Below, in pieces: positions 29,282-39,404 of a stretch of DNA of 64,000 nucleotides. The notes below the pieces were generated by a model. The model did not search any database and was not told the origin of the DNA. It saw only the letters and a program-made list of their open reading frames with translations. A program made the position numbers and the translations under genes. This stretch comes from an uncultured Bacteroidota bacterium (GTDB lineage Bacteria > Bacteroidota > Bacteroidia > NS11-12g > UBA9320), in the NCBI GenBank assembly GCA_937124965.1, contig CAKZLB010000046.1, positions 100,776 to 164,775 on the forward strand, in the 5' to 3' direction. Numbering within the stretch: the stretch's first letter is position 1; the number at the start of each line of letters is the position of its first letter.

Positions 29282-30757
29282 TTACAATCCAACTTTTAAA
29301 CCGAACATCAGACCATACCCGCGATCTTTTTGACTGATGGTATAACTTGAGTTATTTGTTGGGTTTAAAAAGAACATCGCTCTAGGTTCAGCAATCAGGC
29401 TGATTCGTTTCGTTGCCAAGTAACTAATTCCAGCACCAAAGCCTGCCGAAGCACCAATACTAGTTCTATTAAAGCTTTCTCCTAATTGCATGGTTTCGAA
29501 GGAATTTGTGATAATGTTTCCTTTAGACTGGTTTACAACCTCTAAACCGAATTGACCTGAAACATAACAACTCCATTTTTCAAAACGTGGAACATAAAAG
29601 TTGCGTCTAACACCAAACGGAATAGAAACATGTCTATATTTATTTGAAGAATTCCCTTCTAAAACAGTAGACTTTTGTCGAACTACTGTATCATAAATTG
29701 TAATTTCTCGTTGACCATAAACGGGATGGTATTCAGTTACTTTCTTTTCGGAAACATCAATCCACATGTCATTATTCTCAACGCTAAATTCCATTTTTTC
29801 ATGACGATTAAAACTATTTACTCCAAAGTAACCTTCCCATTTATCCGTCAACCTATAGTTCAGAGAAATTTCAGCCATCGTTGAAGCTCTCTGATATTCG
29901 GTATTGTCACGTAATTCTATCAAACCATTGTCTGTGCTTGAACTCTTCAAGACTCTTTGACCAATCGCTGGCCCTACAGTCATTGAGACACTCCACTTTT
30001 TTGGTTTAACTATAGGTACATCAAATCCTCCCAAATCGTCATCACTGCTTACATCCACCGCATCTTCCGCCATTTTCTCCGTTGATTCGCCCACCTCTAT
30101 GGTTATGTCTTTTTCCTTTGATTCACTTACTGTAATTTCAGGTTGATTGCTGTCGACATCATTATTTTCATGAGAAGTTTGGCTTACGCTTGGTTTGTTT
30201 TCTTCAGGAACTTGAGTAAGTTTTTCGTTTGTTCTAGTTGCCCCCGCAGCCGTATATTGGTTATTATTTGAATTAGTGGTTTCAGATTGTACATGGTTAG
30301 GTTTAGCAATCTCGTTTGGTTTTGTTTCTTTAGAATTTATTGGTTCGTTTATTGGTTTGTTAACCTCAGACTTTACAAAAGTCGCTTCTTGTTCTAATGA
30401 TTTCTCATTTTCTGTTATGTCAACATCCTTTGATGCGACTTTATTAGTAATATCATTTTTTACAACTTCTTTCGCAATTGATTCCACTTTATTAACCTTT
30501 ATGTTCGATTGGTTCGATAACGTGTTTTGAGTTGTGTCGGAATTTGATATAAACCCGAAGTAGCCAATAACTACCCCAACAAATAGAGTAGCAGCAATTA
30601 ACTTATATTTATTCAGTATTAATTTATTTCTGAATATGTAAAACGGTGTTCGTTTTTCAAACACCTTCCCCATCAAATCAGGAGCTTTTTCCTGATGATC
30701 ATAAAGGAGATCTTTTACGCTTTGTTCAAAATTTTTCTTCTGCATTTCAACTTTCAA
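29282..30757 (-). CDS. Putative anti-sigma-like membrane protein with low-complexity linker and C-terminal outer-membrane beta-barrel-like domain
   Basis: Overlaps the ECF sigma gene by 11 nt. Single hydrophobic helix LIAATLFVGVVIGYFGF (~aa 52-70). About 180 aa of N/S/T/E/K-rich linker. The C-terminal ~230 aa show an alternating beta-strand pattern ending ...GYGLMFGLKVGL. Confidence 0.5.
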   Translation of the reverse strand: MKVEMQKKNFEQSVKDLLYDHQEKAPDLMGKVFEKRTPFYIFRNKLILNKYKLIAATLFVGVVIGYFGFISNSDTTQNTLSNQSNIKVNKVESIAKEVVKNDITNKVASKDVDITENEKSLEQEATFVKSEVNKPINEPINSKETKPNEIAKPNHVQSETTNSNNNQYTAAGATRTNEKLTQVPEENKPSVSQTSHENNDVDSNQPEITVSESKEKDITIEVGESTEKMAEDAVDVSSDDDLGGFDVPIVKPKKWSVSMTVGPAIGQRVLKSSSTDNGLIELRDNTEYQRASTMAEISLNYRLTDKWEGYFGVNSFNRHEKMEFSVENNDMWIDVSEKKVTEYHPVYGQREITIYDTVVRQKSTVLEGNSSNKYRHVSIPFGVRRNFYVPRFEKWSCYVSGQFGLEVVNQSKGNIITNSFETMQLGESFNRTSIGASAGFGAGISYLATKRISLIAEPRAMFFLNPTNNSSYTISQKDRGYGLMFGLKVGL

Positions 30758-31310
30758 TTTTTTCCAACATGGAAATTAGATTTCTCCTCGCTCTTGCATA
30801 TTGAGAGCGAGAAGTACTCTCATTTATGTTTAGTAGTTCACCAATTTCTTTGTGGCTGTAACCTTCAACTGCAAAAAGGTTAAAGACCACTTGATAACCT
30901 TCTGGCAGCTTCTTAATCATTGCCATTATTTCTTTTACCCCAATGGAGTCAAGAACCATTTCACTCACGACTGGCTCCTGAACATCATCGATGTTGCCGG
31001 GCTCAAATTTTTTTGATCGCTTATCCCAGCTTCGCAAAGCAGTGTTTACCATAATCCGTCTCATCCACCCCTCAAAACTTCCCTCCTGTCTAAACTTCGA
31101 CACTTTGTCAAAGATTTTGATAAACGCTTCTTGAAGAACATCCTCCGCTTCCTCTTTACTGTTGCAGTATCGCATACAAACACTAAACATTTTATCTGCG
31201 TACTTTTTATACAACAAGCCTTGCATGTGGCGGTCTTCGCGAATGCATCCCTTAATTAGCTCCTCATCGCTATTCATCCATTCTCCACTATGTTGTTCTT
31301 CCTTGCTCAA
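30747..31310 (-). CDS. ECF-subfamily sigma-70 factor
   Basis: Region 2 (LLYKKYADKMFSVCMRYCNSKEEAEDVLQEAFIKIF...FEGWMRRIMVNTA) and region 4 HTH (LPEGYQVVFNLFAVEGYSHKEIGELLNINESTSRSQYARAR). Confidence 0.85.
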   Translation of the reverse strand: MSKEEQHSGEWMNSDEELIKGCIREDRHMQGLLYKKYADKMFSVCMRYCNSKEEAEDVLQEAFIKIFDKVSKFRQEGSFEGWMRRIMVNTALRSWDKRSKKFEPGNIDDVQEPVVSEMVLDSIGVKEIMAMIKKLPEGYQVVFNLFAVEGYSHKEIGELLNINESTSRSQYARARRNLISMLEKIES

Positions 31311-31419
31311 CTCTATGACACTTTGTGTTCTTAAAACGCTGCGTTAACTCTACAAAAGTTTCAATTTTTAAAAATATTCAGCATAATTAACTGAAAAACA
31401 ATGAAATACAAAGTAAAAA

Positions 31420-31452
31420 AATCATTTGACAAGCATATCAGCTTCTTATATT
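31420..31452 (+). promoter_or_regulatory. Bacteroidetes sigma-A type promoter candidate (TTG ... 19 nt ... TATATTTG)
   Basis: tTTGacaagcatatcagcttctTATATTTG matches the -33 TTG / -7 TAnnTTTG consensus, 17 nt upstream of the Ldh_2 start. Confidence 0.3.
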
Positions 31453-31468
31453 TGCAACAAAAAAATGC

Positions 31469-32560
31469 ATGGCTGCTGAATATCACACCGTTAATCCCAA
31501 AAAACTTCTTGAACTAACCACCTCAATTTTTATTAAAATGGGCTGTTCTGCTACAGATGCCGCTCTTGCGGCTGAAGTACTCCAAAGTGCAGACCTGAGA
31601 GGTATCGACAGCCATGGAGTAGCGAGACTTAGTGGTTACGTGCGATTATGGAAAGCTGACCGGATAAATGCAAAAGCAAATCCCAAAATTATCCATGAGA
31701 CGGCAACAACTGCAACATTAGACGGTGATTCTGGCCTAGGACTTACCAATGCTGCAAAGGCTATGGACATTGCCATTGAAAAAGCGAAAAAATATGGTAG
31801 CGGTTGGGTTGCTATTCAAAATTCCAATCATTTTGGCATTGCTGGTTATCACGCAATGAAAGCGCTGAAACATGATATGATTGGCATGTCGTTAACCAAT
31901 GCAAGCCCATTGGTCTCTCCCACTTTCAGTAAAGAACGTTTATTGGGTACAAATCCAATTTGTTATGCAATACCTGCAGGCAAATGCGAACCTGTTGTAA
32001 TCGATATGGCCACTTCCGCAGCTGCAAATGGTAAACTAGAAATTGCAAAACGAAAAAATGAGCCAATTCCTTCTGGTTGGCTTCAGGATAAAAAAGGTTC
32101 TATTTCAAATAATCCAGACGACTTAAAAGGTGGTGGTAGTTTACTCACGCTTGGTAGCACCAAAGAAATGGGCAGTCACAAGGGATATGGTCTAAGTGCT
32201 TTTGTCGATATTTTTAGCGGTGTTTTAAGTGGTGCAAATTATGGCCCATGGGTTCCACCATTTGTAAGTTTTTTACCATTGGCACCCGATATGCCGGGAA
32301 AAGGCATTGGACATTTCGTTGGGGCCATGCGCGTTGACGGATTCCGACCAATTGAAGAATTCAAATCAAACATGGACCAGTGGATACATCGATTTAAATC
32401 TTCACAAACTATTGAAGGTCAAGAAAAAGTGATTATTCCAGGTGAACCAGAAATCGAAATGTTCAAAGAACGGACATCTTCAGGGATCCCATTAATTGAT
32501 GCTGTTTATCAGGATTTACAAACGTTAAGTAATGAACTAGACGTTCAATTTACTATTTAG
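31469..32560 (+). CDS. Ldh_2-family malate/L-lactate/sulfolactate-type dehydrogenase
   Basis: GIDSHGVARL, NSNHFGIAGYHA and the overall 363-aa architecture match the Ldh_2 family. Confidence 0.8.
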   Translation: MAAEYHTVNPKKLLELTTSIFIKMGCSATDAALAAEVLQSADLRGIDSHGVARLSGYVRLWKADRINAKANPKIIHETATTATLDGDSGLGLTNAAKAMDIAIEKAKKYGSGWVAIQNSNHFGIAGYHAMKALKHDMIGMSLTNASPLVSPTFSKERLLGTNPICYAIPAGKCEPVVIDMATSAAANGKLEIAKRKNEPIPSGWLQDKKGSISNNPDDLKGGGSLLTLGSTKEMGSHKGYGLSAFVDIFSGVLSGANYGPWVPPFVSFLPLAPDMPGKGIGHFVGAMRVDGFRPIEEFKSNMDQWIHRFKSSQTIEGQEKVIIPGEPEIEMFKERTSSGIPLIDAVYQDLQTLSNELDVQFTI

Positions 32561-33311
32561 GATTTCTACCAACAATTACAATATTTGGTGTAAACAATAC
32601 ATCATGCCATGTTCGCGCTGTGTAAAACAGCTGAAGTTTTAGTCGCCATTTTGTTATAGACCACCCAAGTTTTCGCATCAGTTCTTTTAACGGATTTTCT
32701 ATGAACACAATGCCTTCTGAGATAGTTACATCTTTAAACCCTGAAGACTCCATCAATTGTATGGATGAACTTTTATTTAGAAAAACTTCATGTGTAAAAT
32801 CAGCAAATGCAAAGACTGACGCTTGAGGTGCATCCATATTGGGTGTTCTAAAAATCACCAAACCACCTGGTTTTAATGCTTTTTTCACCATTGCTAAAAA
32901 CTCTACCAATTCGTCTTTTCCCAAATGTTCAATTAAGTCTACCGCAAAAATTAAATCAAACGAACTCTGTTTGCCTCTTAGATATTCCCGAACATCTCCA
33001 TGCTCAATATTGTCAACTCCGAATGTCTTAGACATTGCCACCTGTTCCTCACTTAAATCAACACCAGCAGTATTCAGATAGCCTAATTCATTTAACCCTT
33101 TAATTAAAGAACCTGTACCACAGCCTATATCTAATATGTTACAGCTTTTATCTTTTGGAAGTTGCTTTTCAAATTCCATTTTAAAGTAGCGAACTTGCTG
33201 TTTAAAATGCGACAACTGAGCACTTTCATCAGTGGTTCCAGAATGTGTCAAATAATAATTTCGGTAAAGTGTTTCTCGGTATTTATACATGATAAAAGGT
33301 TTTGCAAACAT
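32553..33311 (-). CDS. Class I SAM-dependent methyltransferase
   Basis: Motif I ILDIGCGTGSLIKGL, post-I DLSEEQV and motif II FDLIFAVDLIEHL. Confidence 0.75.
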   Translation of the reverse strand: MFAKPFIMYKYRETLYRNYYLTHSGTTDESAQLSHFKQQVRYFKMEFEKQLPKDKSCNILDIGCGTGSLIKGLNELGYLNTAGVDLSEEQVAMSKTFGVDNIEHGDVREYLRGKQSSFDLIFAVDLIEHLGKDELVEFLAMVKKALKPGGLVIFRTPNMDAPQASVFAFADFTHEVFLNKSSSIQLMESSGFKDVTISEGIVFIENPLKELMRKLGWSITKWRLKLQLFYTARTWHDVLFTPNIVIVGRNPK

Positions 33312-33326
33312 AGCTTATTTTTGCCT

Positions 33327-33938
33327 ATGCTAGAGTTTGGGTTGGATGAAAATAGGCTAGAAGCTGGATGCGATGAAGCAGGTCGTGGTTGCATTGCTGG
33401 GCCTGTTTGTGCAGCCTCTGTAATTCTACCGAAAGGCATAAATCTCCCGGAACTCAATGATTCCAAAAAACTGAGTAAAAAGAAACGTGACATACTTCGA
33501 ATTCAAATTGAACAGGAAGCATTGGCATGGTCCGTTGCGATGGTCTGGGAAAAAGAGATTGATCAGATAAACATACTCAATGCTTCAATTAAAGCGATGC
33601 ACTTATCATTAGATTCATTAGACGTTGAACCAGAATTTATTATGGTTGATGGTAATCGATTTAAACCTTACAAATCCATCCCGCACAAAACCATAGTTAA
33701 AGGTGATGCAAAATTTTTAAATATTGCAGCCGCCTCTATTCTTGCAAAAACACACCGTGATGAATATATGGTAAAACTTCATGACGAGTTTCCGCACTAT
33801 AATTGGATTCAAAACAAGGGATATCCAACAATTGAACATCGATCTGCGGTAATAATGCACGGTATGTGCCAACACCATAGAAAGTCATTTAAAAATACTG
33901 ATTCACAATTAAAAATATGGAATTCAAAAACGTTGTAA
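33327..33938 (+). CDS. rnhB: Ribonuclease HII
   Basis: GCDEAGRGCIAGPV active-site region and DSKKLS. Start set at the internal ATG (MLEFGLDE...). The 55-codon upstream extension in the ORF track is not supported. Confidence 0.9.
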   Translation: MLEFGLDENRLEAGCDEAGRGCIAGPVCAASVILPKGINLPELNDSKKLSKKKRDILRIQIEQEALAWSVAMVWEKEIDQINILNASIKAMHLSLDSLDVEPEFIMVDGNRFKPYKSIPHKTIVKGDAKFLNIAAASILAKTHRDEYMVKLHDEFPHYNWIQNKGYPTIEHRSAVIMHGMCQHHRKSFKNTDSQLKIWNSKTL

Positions 33939-34690
33939 CCATACTGTTCATATTCTTTACCTCAACAATTGCTAATGCACAGAAGCAATACTATTTTGGG
34001 ATAGACATTGGGCCAAAATTCGATCAATACAAATTGGTAAAAAATAGTCAACAAGCATTTTCGCCAAACATAAAAATTTATAATCCGTTGGCCGCAACTT
34101 TTGGTGTTTTAGGAGGAATGATGCTGGAAGAAAAATATCAACTTGAAGCGGGCATTTACAAATCAGATTTTCGAGTGAATATTGATTTACTGACACAGAG
34201 TGGTGACAAATTTTTCGTCAATACTCCGATAAACACTTTTACGAGTTACATGATTCCTATTAATTTCAATGTGGTAAAAACATGGCAAGGAAAGTATGAA
34301 CCCAGGCATTTTATATTTGGGACAGGTTTCACGATACTAGCGAACACAAAATTAGGTATCGCAGAAACTTTTTTTAGCCCTGAAGTACCTATTGACCCTC
34401 AAAATTCAAGTGCTGGTGCGATTTCATATGTAATCTCAGATAACACCATTGATGGTGGAATGGTTATGCTTAATCTTAATTTAGCGTATCGATATCCAAT
34501 AAATGAATCAGTAAACATCAGCGTTGGAATGAATTCAAAAATTGGAGTAGCGGGTACCAACTATTTTAATATTTCACATTCTACCCCAAACTTTGCCCCT
34601 GTGAAAAATCGACTTGAAACGAAAGGATCCAGCGTCCAGTTTAATATAGGATTTAGATACTTTCTCGAATCCGAAGAAGCAAATCTATAA
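33917..34690 (+). CDS. Outer-membrane beta-barrel-like hypothetical protein
   Basis: Signal peptide MEFKNVVTILFIFFTSTIANAQ. Alternating hydrophobic strands. Overlaps the rnhB 3' end by 22 nt. Confidence 0.45.
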   Translation: MEFKNVVTILFIFFTSTIANAQKQYYFGIDIGPKFDQYKLVKNSQQAFSPNIKIYNPLAATFGVLGGMMLEEKYQLEAGIYKSDFRVNIDLLTQSGDKFFVNTPINTFTSYMIPINFNVVKTWQGKYEPRHFIFGTGFTILANTKLGIAETFFSPEVPIDPQNSSAGAISYVISDNTIDGGMVMLNLNLAYRYPINESVNISVGMNSKIGVAGTNYFNISHSTPNFAPVKNRLETKGSSVQFNIGFRYFLESEEANL

Positions 34691-34713
34691 ATGAAGATTA
34701 TTTTTGTTGAGCT

Positions 34714-35574
34714 TTGGAAAACACTAAAAATACAAGAACACTCGACAAACATCATCTTAGTCGCAAGGAAAAGTGGCGTGAAATAATTTTTGAGGCAGAA
34801 ACCACAGACGCACGATTATTTGATTTAATCCTACTATGGGCCATTGTTGTGAGCGTTTTTGTGATAATGCTAAGCAGTGTTCAAACGATTTCTGTTAAGA
34901 CCGCCGAAGTATTGCATGTTTTTGAATGGTTCTTTACAATACTATTTAGTATTGAGTATTTTCTCCGTATTTATCTAAGCTCTTCAGCGAAAAAATACGT
35001 TTTAAGTTTTTGGGGAATAATCGACCTAATCAGTACCATTCCAACCTACCTTTCGTTGTTCATTACTGGATCGAAGTATTTACTTATTATTCGAGTTCTC
35101 AGACTCTTACGTGTATTTCGCATTATGCGATTAACGCGATATAGCAAAGAAGCGACAAGTTTGGGTAAGGCTCTTAGAGCAAGTAGTGCTAAAATCACAG
35201 TGTTTCTTGGTTTTATTCTTATAATCGTTGTTTTGATAGGAACGGCAATGTACATTATTGAAGGTGCTTCAACTAATTATGAGCTATCGTCGGACAATCA
35301 GTTTTCAAGTATTCCTGCAAGTATCTATTGGGCCGTTGTAACTATTACTACAGTTGGGTATGGCGACATTACTCCTCAGACTATTCTTGGCAAATTTTTA
35401 TCTTCGGCACTAATGATTTTAGGTTACGCCATCATTACTGTACCAACAGGAATTGTTACCGTAGAGTTTGCTGAACAAAAACGACAAAATAACGTTTGTA
35501 GTACCTGTAAGGTTGAGAATGAAAGAGACTCGAAATTTTGTAAGTCTTGTGGGTCTCAACTAAAGTCACCATAA
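34714..35574 (+). CDS. Voltage-gated potassium channel (6TM Kv-like) with C-terminal zinc-ribbon
   Basis: S4 helix RVLRLLRVFRIMRLTRY, selectivity filter TTVGYGDITP and C-terminal CSTCKVEN...CKSCGS. Confidence 0.85.
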   Translation: MENTKNTRTLDKHHLSRKEKWREIIFEAETTDARLFDLILLWAIVVSVFVIMLSSVQTISVKTAEVLHVFEWFFTILFSIEYFLRIYLSSSAKKYVLSFWGIIDLISTIPTYLSLFITGSKYLLIIRVLRLLRVFRIMRLTRYSKEATSLGKALRASSAKITVFLGFILIIVVLIGTAMYIIEGASTNYELSSDNQFSSIPASIYWAVVTITTVGYGDITPQTILGKFLSSALMILGYAIITVPTGIVTVEFAEQKRQNNVCSTCKVENERDSKFCKSCGSQLKSP

Positions 35575-35582
35575 CACAACTT

Positions 35583-35747
35583 ATGTCAGATCTAAAAGAA
35601 AATGAGGATTATTATATTAATGATGATGGCTTATTGGTAATGACTAAAGCTTATCATTTGAAACGCGGCACATGCTGTGGTAAAAAATGCTTACATTGTC
35701 CGTATGACCATGTTAATGTTCCAAAATGGCGCAAGAAGTTTAGTTAA
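35583..35747 (+). CDS. Small Cys-rich protein (DUF5522-like CCG..C.HCPY motif)
   Basis: 54 aa MSDLKENEDYYINDDGLLVMTKAYHLKRGTCCGKKCLHCPYDH... Start chosen at the internal ATG after the channel stop. Confidence 0.4.
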   Translation: MSDLKENEDYYINDDGLLVMTKAYHLKRGTCCGKKCLHCPYDHVNVPKWRKKFS

Positions 35748-36960
35748 ATTTGATTGCTTTTACTGGCGAAATAAATCGAACCATAATTGCTGGAATTAGC
35801 ATCATAACAGCACTTATAATCAACGTCCCGATATTTAAATAAAGAATTGTTTCCATTGAAATTTGTACCGGCACTGTCGACATGTAATATGTCTCTTCTG
35901 GTAATGTAATTAATCCAGTTTTTACCTGTAAATAAGCCAGCCCTAATCCCAGAACGTTGCCGATTATTAACCCTGGAATAACCATAGAAAGACCTTTTAA
36001 CAAAAATACTCGAACCACTTGACCATTCGTTGCTCCTAAACTCTTTAGCACACCAATCATTTGGGTTCTATCAACGATTAAAATCAAAAAAGCCGTAATC
36101 AAATTTACCACCGAAACTATGGTCATTAGTACAATAATGATTATTGCATTTGAGTCGACAATATTGAGCCATTTAAAAATTACATCGTGTTTCTCCTCGA
36201 CATTTTCTGCTCTTAGTTTTATTCCAATTTGATCGTCGACCCACTCGGTCATTTGATCAAGATTCGTTAAGTCGGTAATGGTAATTTCAAATCCACTAAC
36301 GAGGCTATAATCAGTTGTATAAATACGCTGAATTACACGTATGTCTGTATAACAAATTGTTTTATCAAACTCTCCTAAACCAGTATCGTAAATGCCCACT
36401 AATTTCATTCTGCGTCGCCGCACTTTGGTATCTTGAATAAAAAAAACTTCAATATTTTGGCCGGTATCAAGTTGTAATTTATTCGCTACTTTCTGCGACA
36501 ATAAAAACTCATACGTATCTGTTGTATCCGTAAATCGAGGAAGACGGCCTTTTGACAAATTTGTCTTAATAAATTGCCAGTCGTACGTTGGACCTACACC
36601 TTTAAAAACCATTCCTTCAATCTCTCGCTTGGTGTTTATTATTCCAGCTTTCAGGCAAAACGGTGAAACTGATTTTACTTGTGGATGGTTAGATACCGAA
36701 TCTATAAAATCTTGTTCAATTGGGATGAGTTTCAACTCCCTACTTTGATTGAGATCTAGATTACGAACATGGATATGTCCGTCGAAGCCAACAACTTTAT
36801 TTTTTATTTCTGTTTGGAAGCCTTTAACAACACCAACGGCAATGAGCATTACAGCCAGACTGATGCCTACTGCCGCTATTGCCAGTCTGATAATTAAACG
36901 TGTGAACGTTTTTCCAGACTGCGTGGCTAATTTTTTCCCGACGAAATAACTAAAATCCAT
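35740..36960 (-). CDS. FtsX-like ABC transporter permease (LolC/E or MacB-type)
   Basis: N-terminal TM, large periplasmic domain, and C-terminal FtsX 3-TM bundle (VLKSLGATNGQVVRVFLLKG...). 406 aa. Confidence 0.8.
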   Translation of the reverse strand: MDFSYFVGKKLATQSGKTFTRLIIRLAIAAVGISLAVMLIAVGVVKGFQTEIKNKVVGFDGHIHVRNLDLNQSRELKLIPIEQDFIDSVSNHPQVKSVSPFCLKAGIINTKREIEGMVFKGVGPTYDWQFIKTNLSKGRLPRFTDTTDTYEFLLSQKVANKLQLDTGQNIEVFFIQDTKVRRRRMKLVGIYDTGLGEFDKTICYTDIRVIQRIYTTDYSLVSGFEITITDLTNLDQMTEWVDDQIGIKLRAENVEEKHDVIFKWLNIVDSNAIIIIVLMTIVSVVNLITAFLILIVDRTQMIGVLKSLGATNGQVVRVFLLKGLSMVIPGLIIGNVLGLGLAYLQVKTGLITLPEETYYMSTVPVQISMETILYLNIGTLIISAVMMLIPAIMVRFISPVKAIKFN

Positions 36961-36996
36961 ACTTTCGAACTTTCACAATCGTTATAGCGTTCAAAA

Positions 36997-38289
36997 ATGC
37001 ACAAAATTGGTCTCATAGCTTTCATTCTCATCTGCTTTAATTTTTCCGCATGTGGAGAATCTAATAATTCTTCTTTATTAAACCACGAAGATCCTCCATT
37101 AGGCGACAACATGTCTTCTCCTAAAATCGAAGTAGGCGCATCACGTTTAAACGACTATTTACCCTTACTTAAAGACAAAAAAGTTGCAATGATGGTAAAT
37201 CAAACTAGTGTCATTGGCTCGAGTCATGTGGTTGACACGCTTTTACAATGGGGTGTTGACATCGTTAAGATATTTGCTCCAGAGCACGGCTTTCGTGGCG
37301 ATCACAGTGCAGGTGCTCATGTAAATAGCTCAATTGATGACAAAACTGGCTTACCCATCGTGTCGCTTTATGGCGCTTCAAGAAAACCGAGCCCAGAGAT
37401 GATGGAAGGTATTGATGTTGTAATTTTTGACATACAAGACGTCGGAGTACGCTTTTATACCTATATCTCTAGCATGCATTACCTAATGGAATCATGTTCA
37501 GAAAACAACTTAGAAATGATGGTGCTTGACCGACCTAATCCCAATGGTTTTTATGTAGATGGCCCTGTATTGGATATAAAATACAAATCGTTTATCGGCA
37601 TGCATCCAGTTCCTTTAGTGCACGGAATGACCGTCGGGGAGTTTGCTCAAATGATTAATGGTGAAAACTGGCTTTCGAATAAAAAACCATGTAAACTGAC
37701 GGTAATAAAATGTATAAATTACACACACGATTCACTTTACAAGCTCCCGATTCGCCCCTCTCCTAACCTACCTACCATGGCGTCGATTTATCTTTATCCA
37801 TCTCTGGGGTTGTTTGAAGGAACCAATGTAAGTATTGGACGTGGAACTGAGAAACCTTTTGAAATGATTGGTCGACCTGTTGATTATTCAATAAAAAAGC
37901 GACCGAATCAAGGTTCTTCAAGTGGAAACGACGGTCCTTATTTATTTACGCCACAGTCAATTCCTGGAGTTGCTGACAACCCTAAGCATGAGGGAGTTCT
38001 GTGTGAAGGAAAGCTCTTAACCGATTTCGGAAATAACGTTATTCCTGACTCTAAAAGCATCAATCTTCGATGGTTAGGATATATGTATCTCACCAATAAC
38101 CCAAGTTCAAGTACACCATATTTTAAGTCATTTTTTACCAAATTGGCTGGTGGACCAGAACTGCAAAAGCAAATAGAATCGATACAAACAATGGATGACT
38201 TGGACGAAACCATAACAGCAATACATAAAAGTTGGGAACCTGGTCTAGCAGCATTCAAAATCACAAGAAGCAAATACCTATTATATTAG
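36997..38289 (+). CDS. DUF1343-family exo-beta-N-acetylmuramidase (NamZ-like)
   Basis: VAMMVNQTSVIGSSHVVDTLL...IFAPEHGFRGDHSAGAHV is the hallmark N-terminal block of DUF1343/NamZ. Confidence 0.75.
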   Translation: MHKIGLIAFILICFNFSACGESNNSSLLNHEDPPLGDNMSSPKIEVGASRLNDYLPLLKDKKVAMMVNQTSVIGSSHVVDTLLQWGVDIVKIFAPEHGFRGDHSAGAHVNSSIDDKTGLPIVSLYGASRKPSPEMMEGIDVVIFDIQDVGVRFYTYISSMHYLMESCSENNLEMMVLDRPNPNGFYVDGPVLDIKYKSFIGMHPVPLVHGMTVGEFAQMINGENWLSNKKPCKLTVIKCINYTHDSLYKLPIRPSPNLPTMASIYLYPSLGLFEGTNVSIGRGTEKPFEMIGRPVDYSIKKRPNQGSSSGNDGPYLFTPQSIPGVADNPKHEGVLCEGKLLTDFGNNVIPDSKSINLRWLGYMYLTNNPSSSTPYFKSFFTKLAGGPELQKQIESIQTMDDLDETITAIHKSWEPGLAAFKITRSKYLLY

Positions 38290-38342
38290 CCGAAATAATG
38301 TTTTAAAACTTGCGTTGTAATCATACGTAAAACCCTTTTGCA

Positions 38343-39401
38343 ATGTATCGAATAGTTGTCGTAAACCTTTTCATTTTATTTTCTACGTTGTCCTATGGAC
38401 AATTAGGTGGGAGTCAATCTTTTGCATTTGTCAATATTGACCCAACTGGACGAACCGCCGCTTTAGGGTCAAGTACTATGGCAGATTTCAAAAAAGATTT
38501 GGGCGTTGGATATTTCAATCCATCTGGTTTGAATAAAGATATGGACAATACCGCAATGCTTTCGTACAACAACTACTTTGTAGATATAAACAGCGGATTC
38601 GGAGCGTACGTAAAACATTTCGAAAACATCGGAACCTTCAGCGGTGCTGTAACATACACAGACTACGGATACTTTAAAGAAACTGACGTTACCGGTCGTG
38701 TAATTGGCGAGTTTTGGGCTCAAGATTATGTTTTTCAAATTGGTTATGGGAACATCTGGTCTAGAGATAATCGGTTTACTTACGGAACTAATTTTAAGTT
38801 TTTATATTCGGTATATGAAAAATACGTAGCCACTGCTTTTGCTGTTGATTTTGCTGGAGCCTATCACGACACAGCTTCTGATTTTCATGCATCTATGCTA
38901 ATTCGGAACTTGGGCTACAATGTCATTCCTTACGTAACTGAGCGCGTTGATCTTCCATTTGACATACAACTCGGTTTTTCTAAAAAACTACAACACAACC
39001 CGTTAAAAATGACAGTGGTTGCTCACAACCTCCAGAAATTTGATATTAGTTATGTAAATGTAAACTCTAGAAATAAAAACATTGATCTTGAAACAGGAGA
39101 AATACGCAACGAATCCGTACCAACTGGCGACAAAATTATGCGTCATTTTAACTTCGGTGCGGAATTAGTTTTCTCTGATAACTTTCAAGTACGAGGTGGG
39201 TATAACCATATGCGTCGAAAAGAATTAGCTCCTGAAACCGCCAAAGGTGCTGCAGGTTTTAGCTGGGGCGTTGGTATCGGTATAAAAAAGTTCACACTTG
39301 ATTATGCCATGGTCACCTACTTCCCAGGCGTAAATGTTTCTTACTTTACGGTTTCCAAAAACTTGTCTGATTTCAAGAAAGCCAAGCCTGAAAATTATTA
39401 A
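38343..39401 (+). CDS. PorQ-like T9SS-associated outer-membrane beta-barrel protein
   Basis: Signal peptide. N-terminal GGSQSFAFVNIDPTGRTAALGSSTMA resembles the PorQ/PorP-family 'FLNLP.SAR..ALGG' block. C-terminal Phe-rich barrel. Assignment is by eye. Confidence 0.5.
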   Translation: MYRIVVVNLFILFSTLSYGQLGGSQSFAFVNIDPTGRTAALGSSTMADFKKDLGVGYFNPSGLNKDMDNTAMLSYNNYFVDINSGFGAYVKHFENIGTFSGAVTYTDYGYFKETDVTGRVIGEFWAQDYVFQIGYGNIWSRDNRFTYGTNFKFLYSVYEKYVATAFAVDFAGAYHDTASDFHASMLIRNLGYNVIPYVTERVDLPFDIQLGFSKKLQHNPLKMTVVAHNLQKFDISYVNVNSRNKNIDLETGEIRNESVPTGDKIMRHFNFGAELVFSDNFQVRGGYNHMRRKELAPETAKGAAGFSWGVGIGIKKFTLDYAMVTYFPGVNVSYFTVSKNLSDFKKAKPENY

Positions 39402-39404
39402 AAA

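Noticed and set aside
33162-33326. 55-codon N-terminal extension of rnhB in the ORF track
   Set aside because: The extension is not conserved in RNase HII and overlaps the divergent methyltransferase promoter region. The conserved protein begins at the ATG at 33327.
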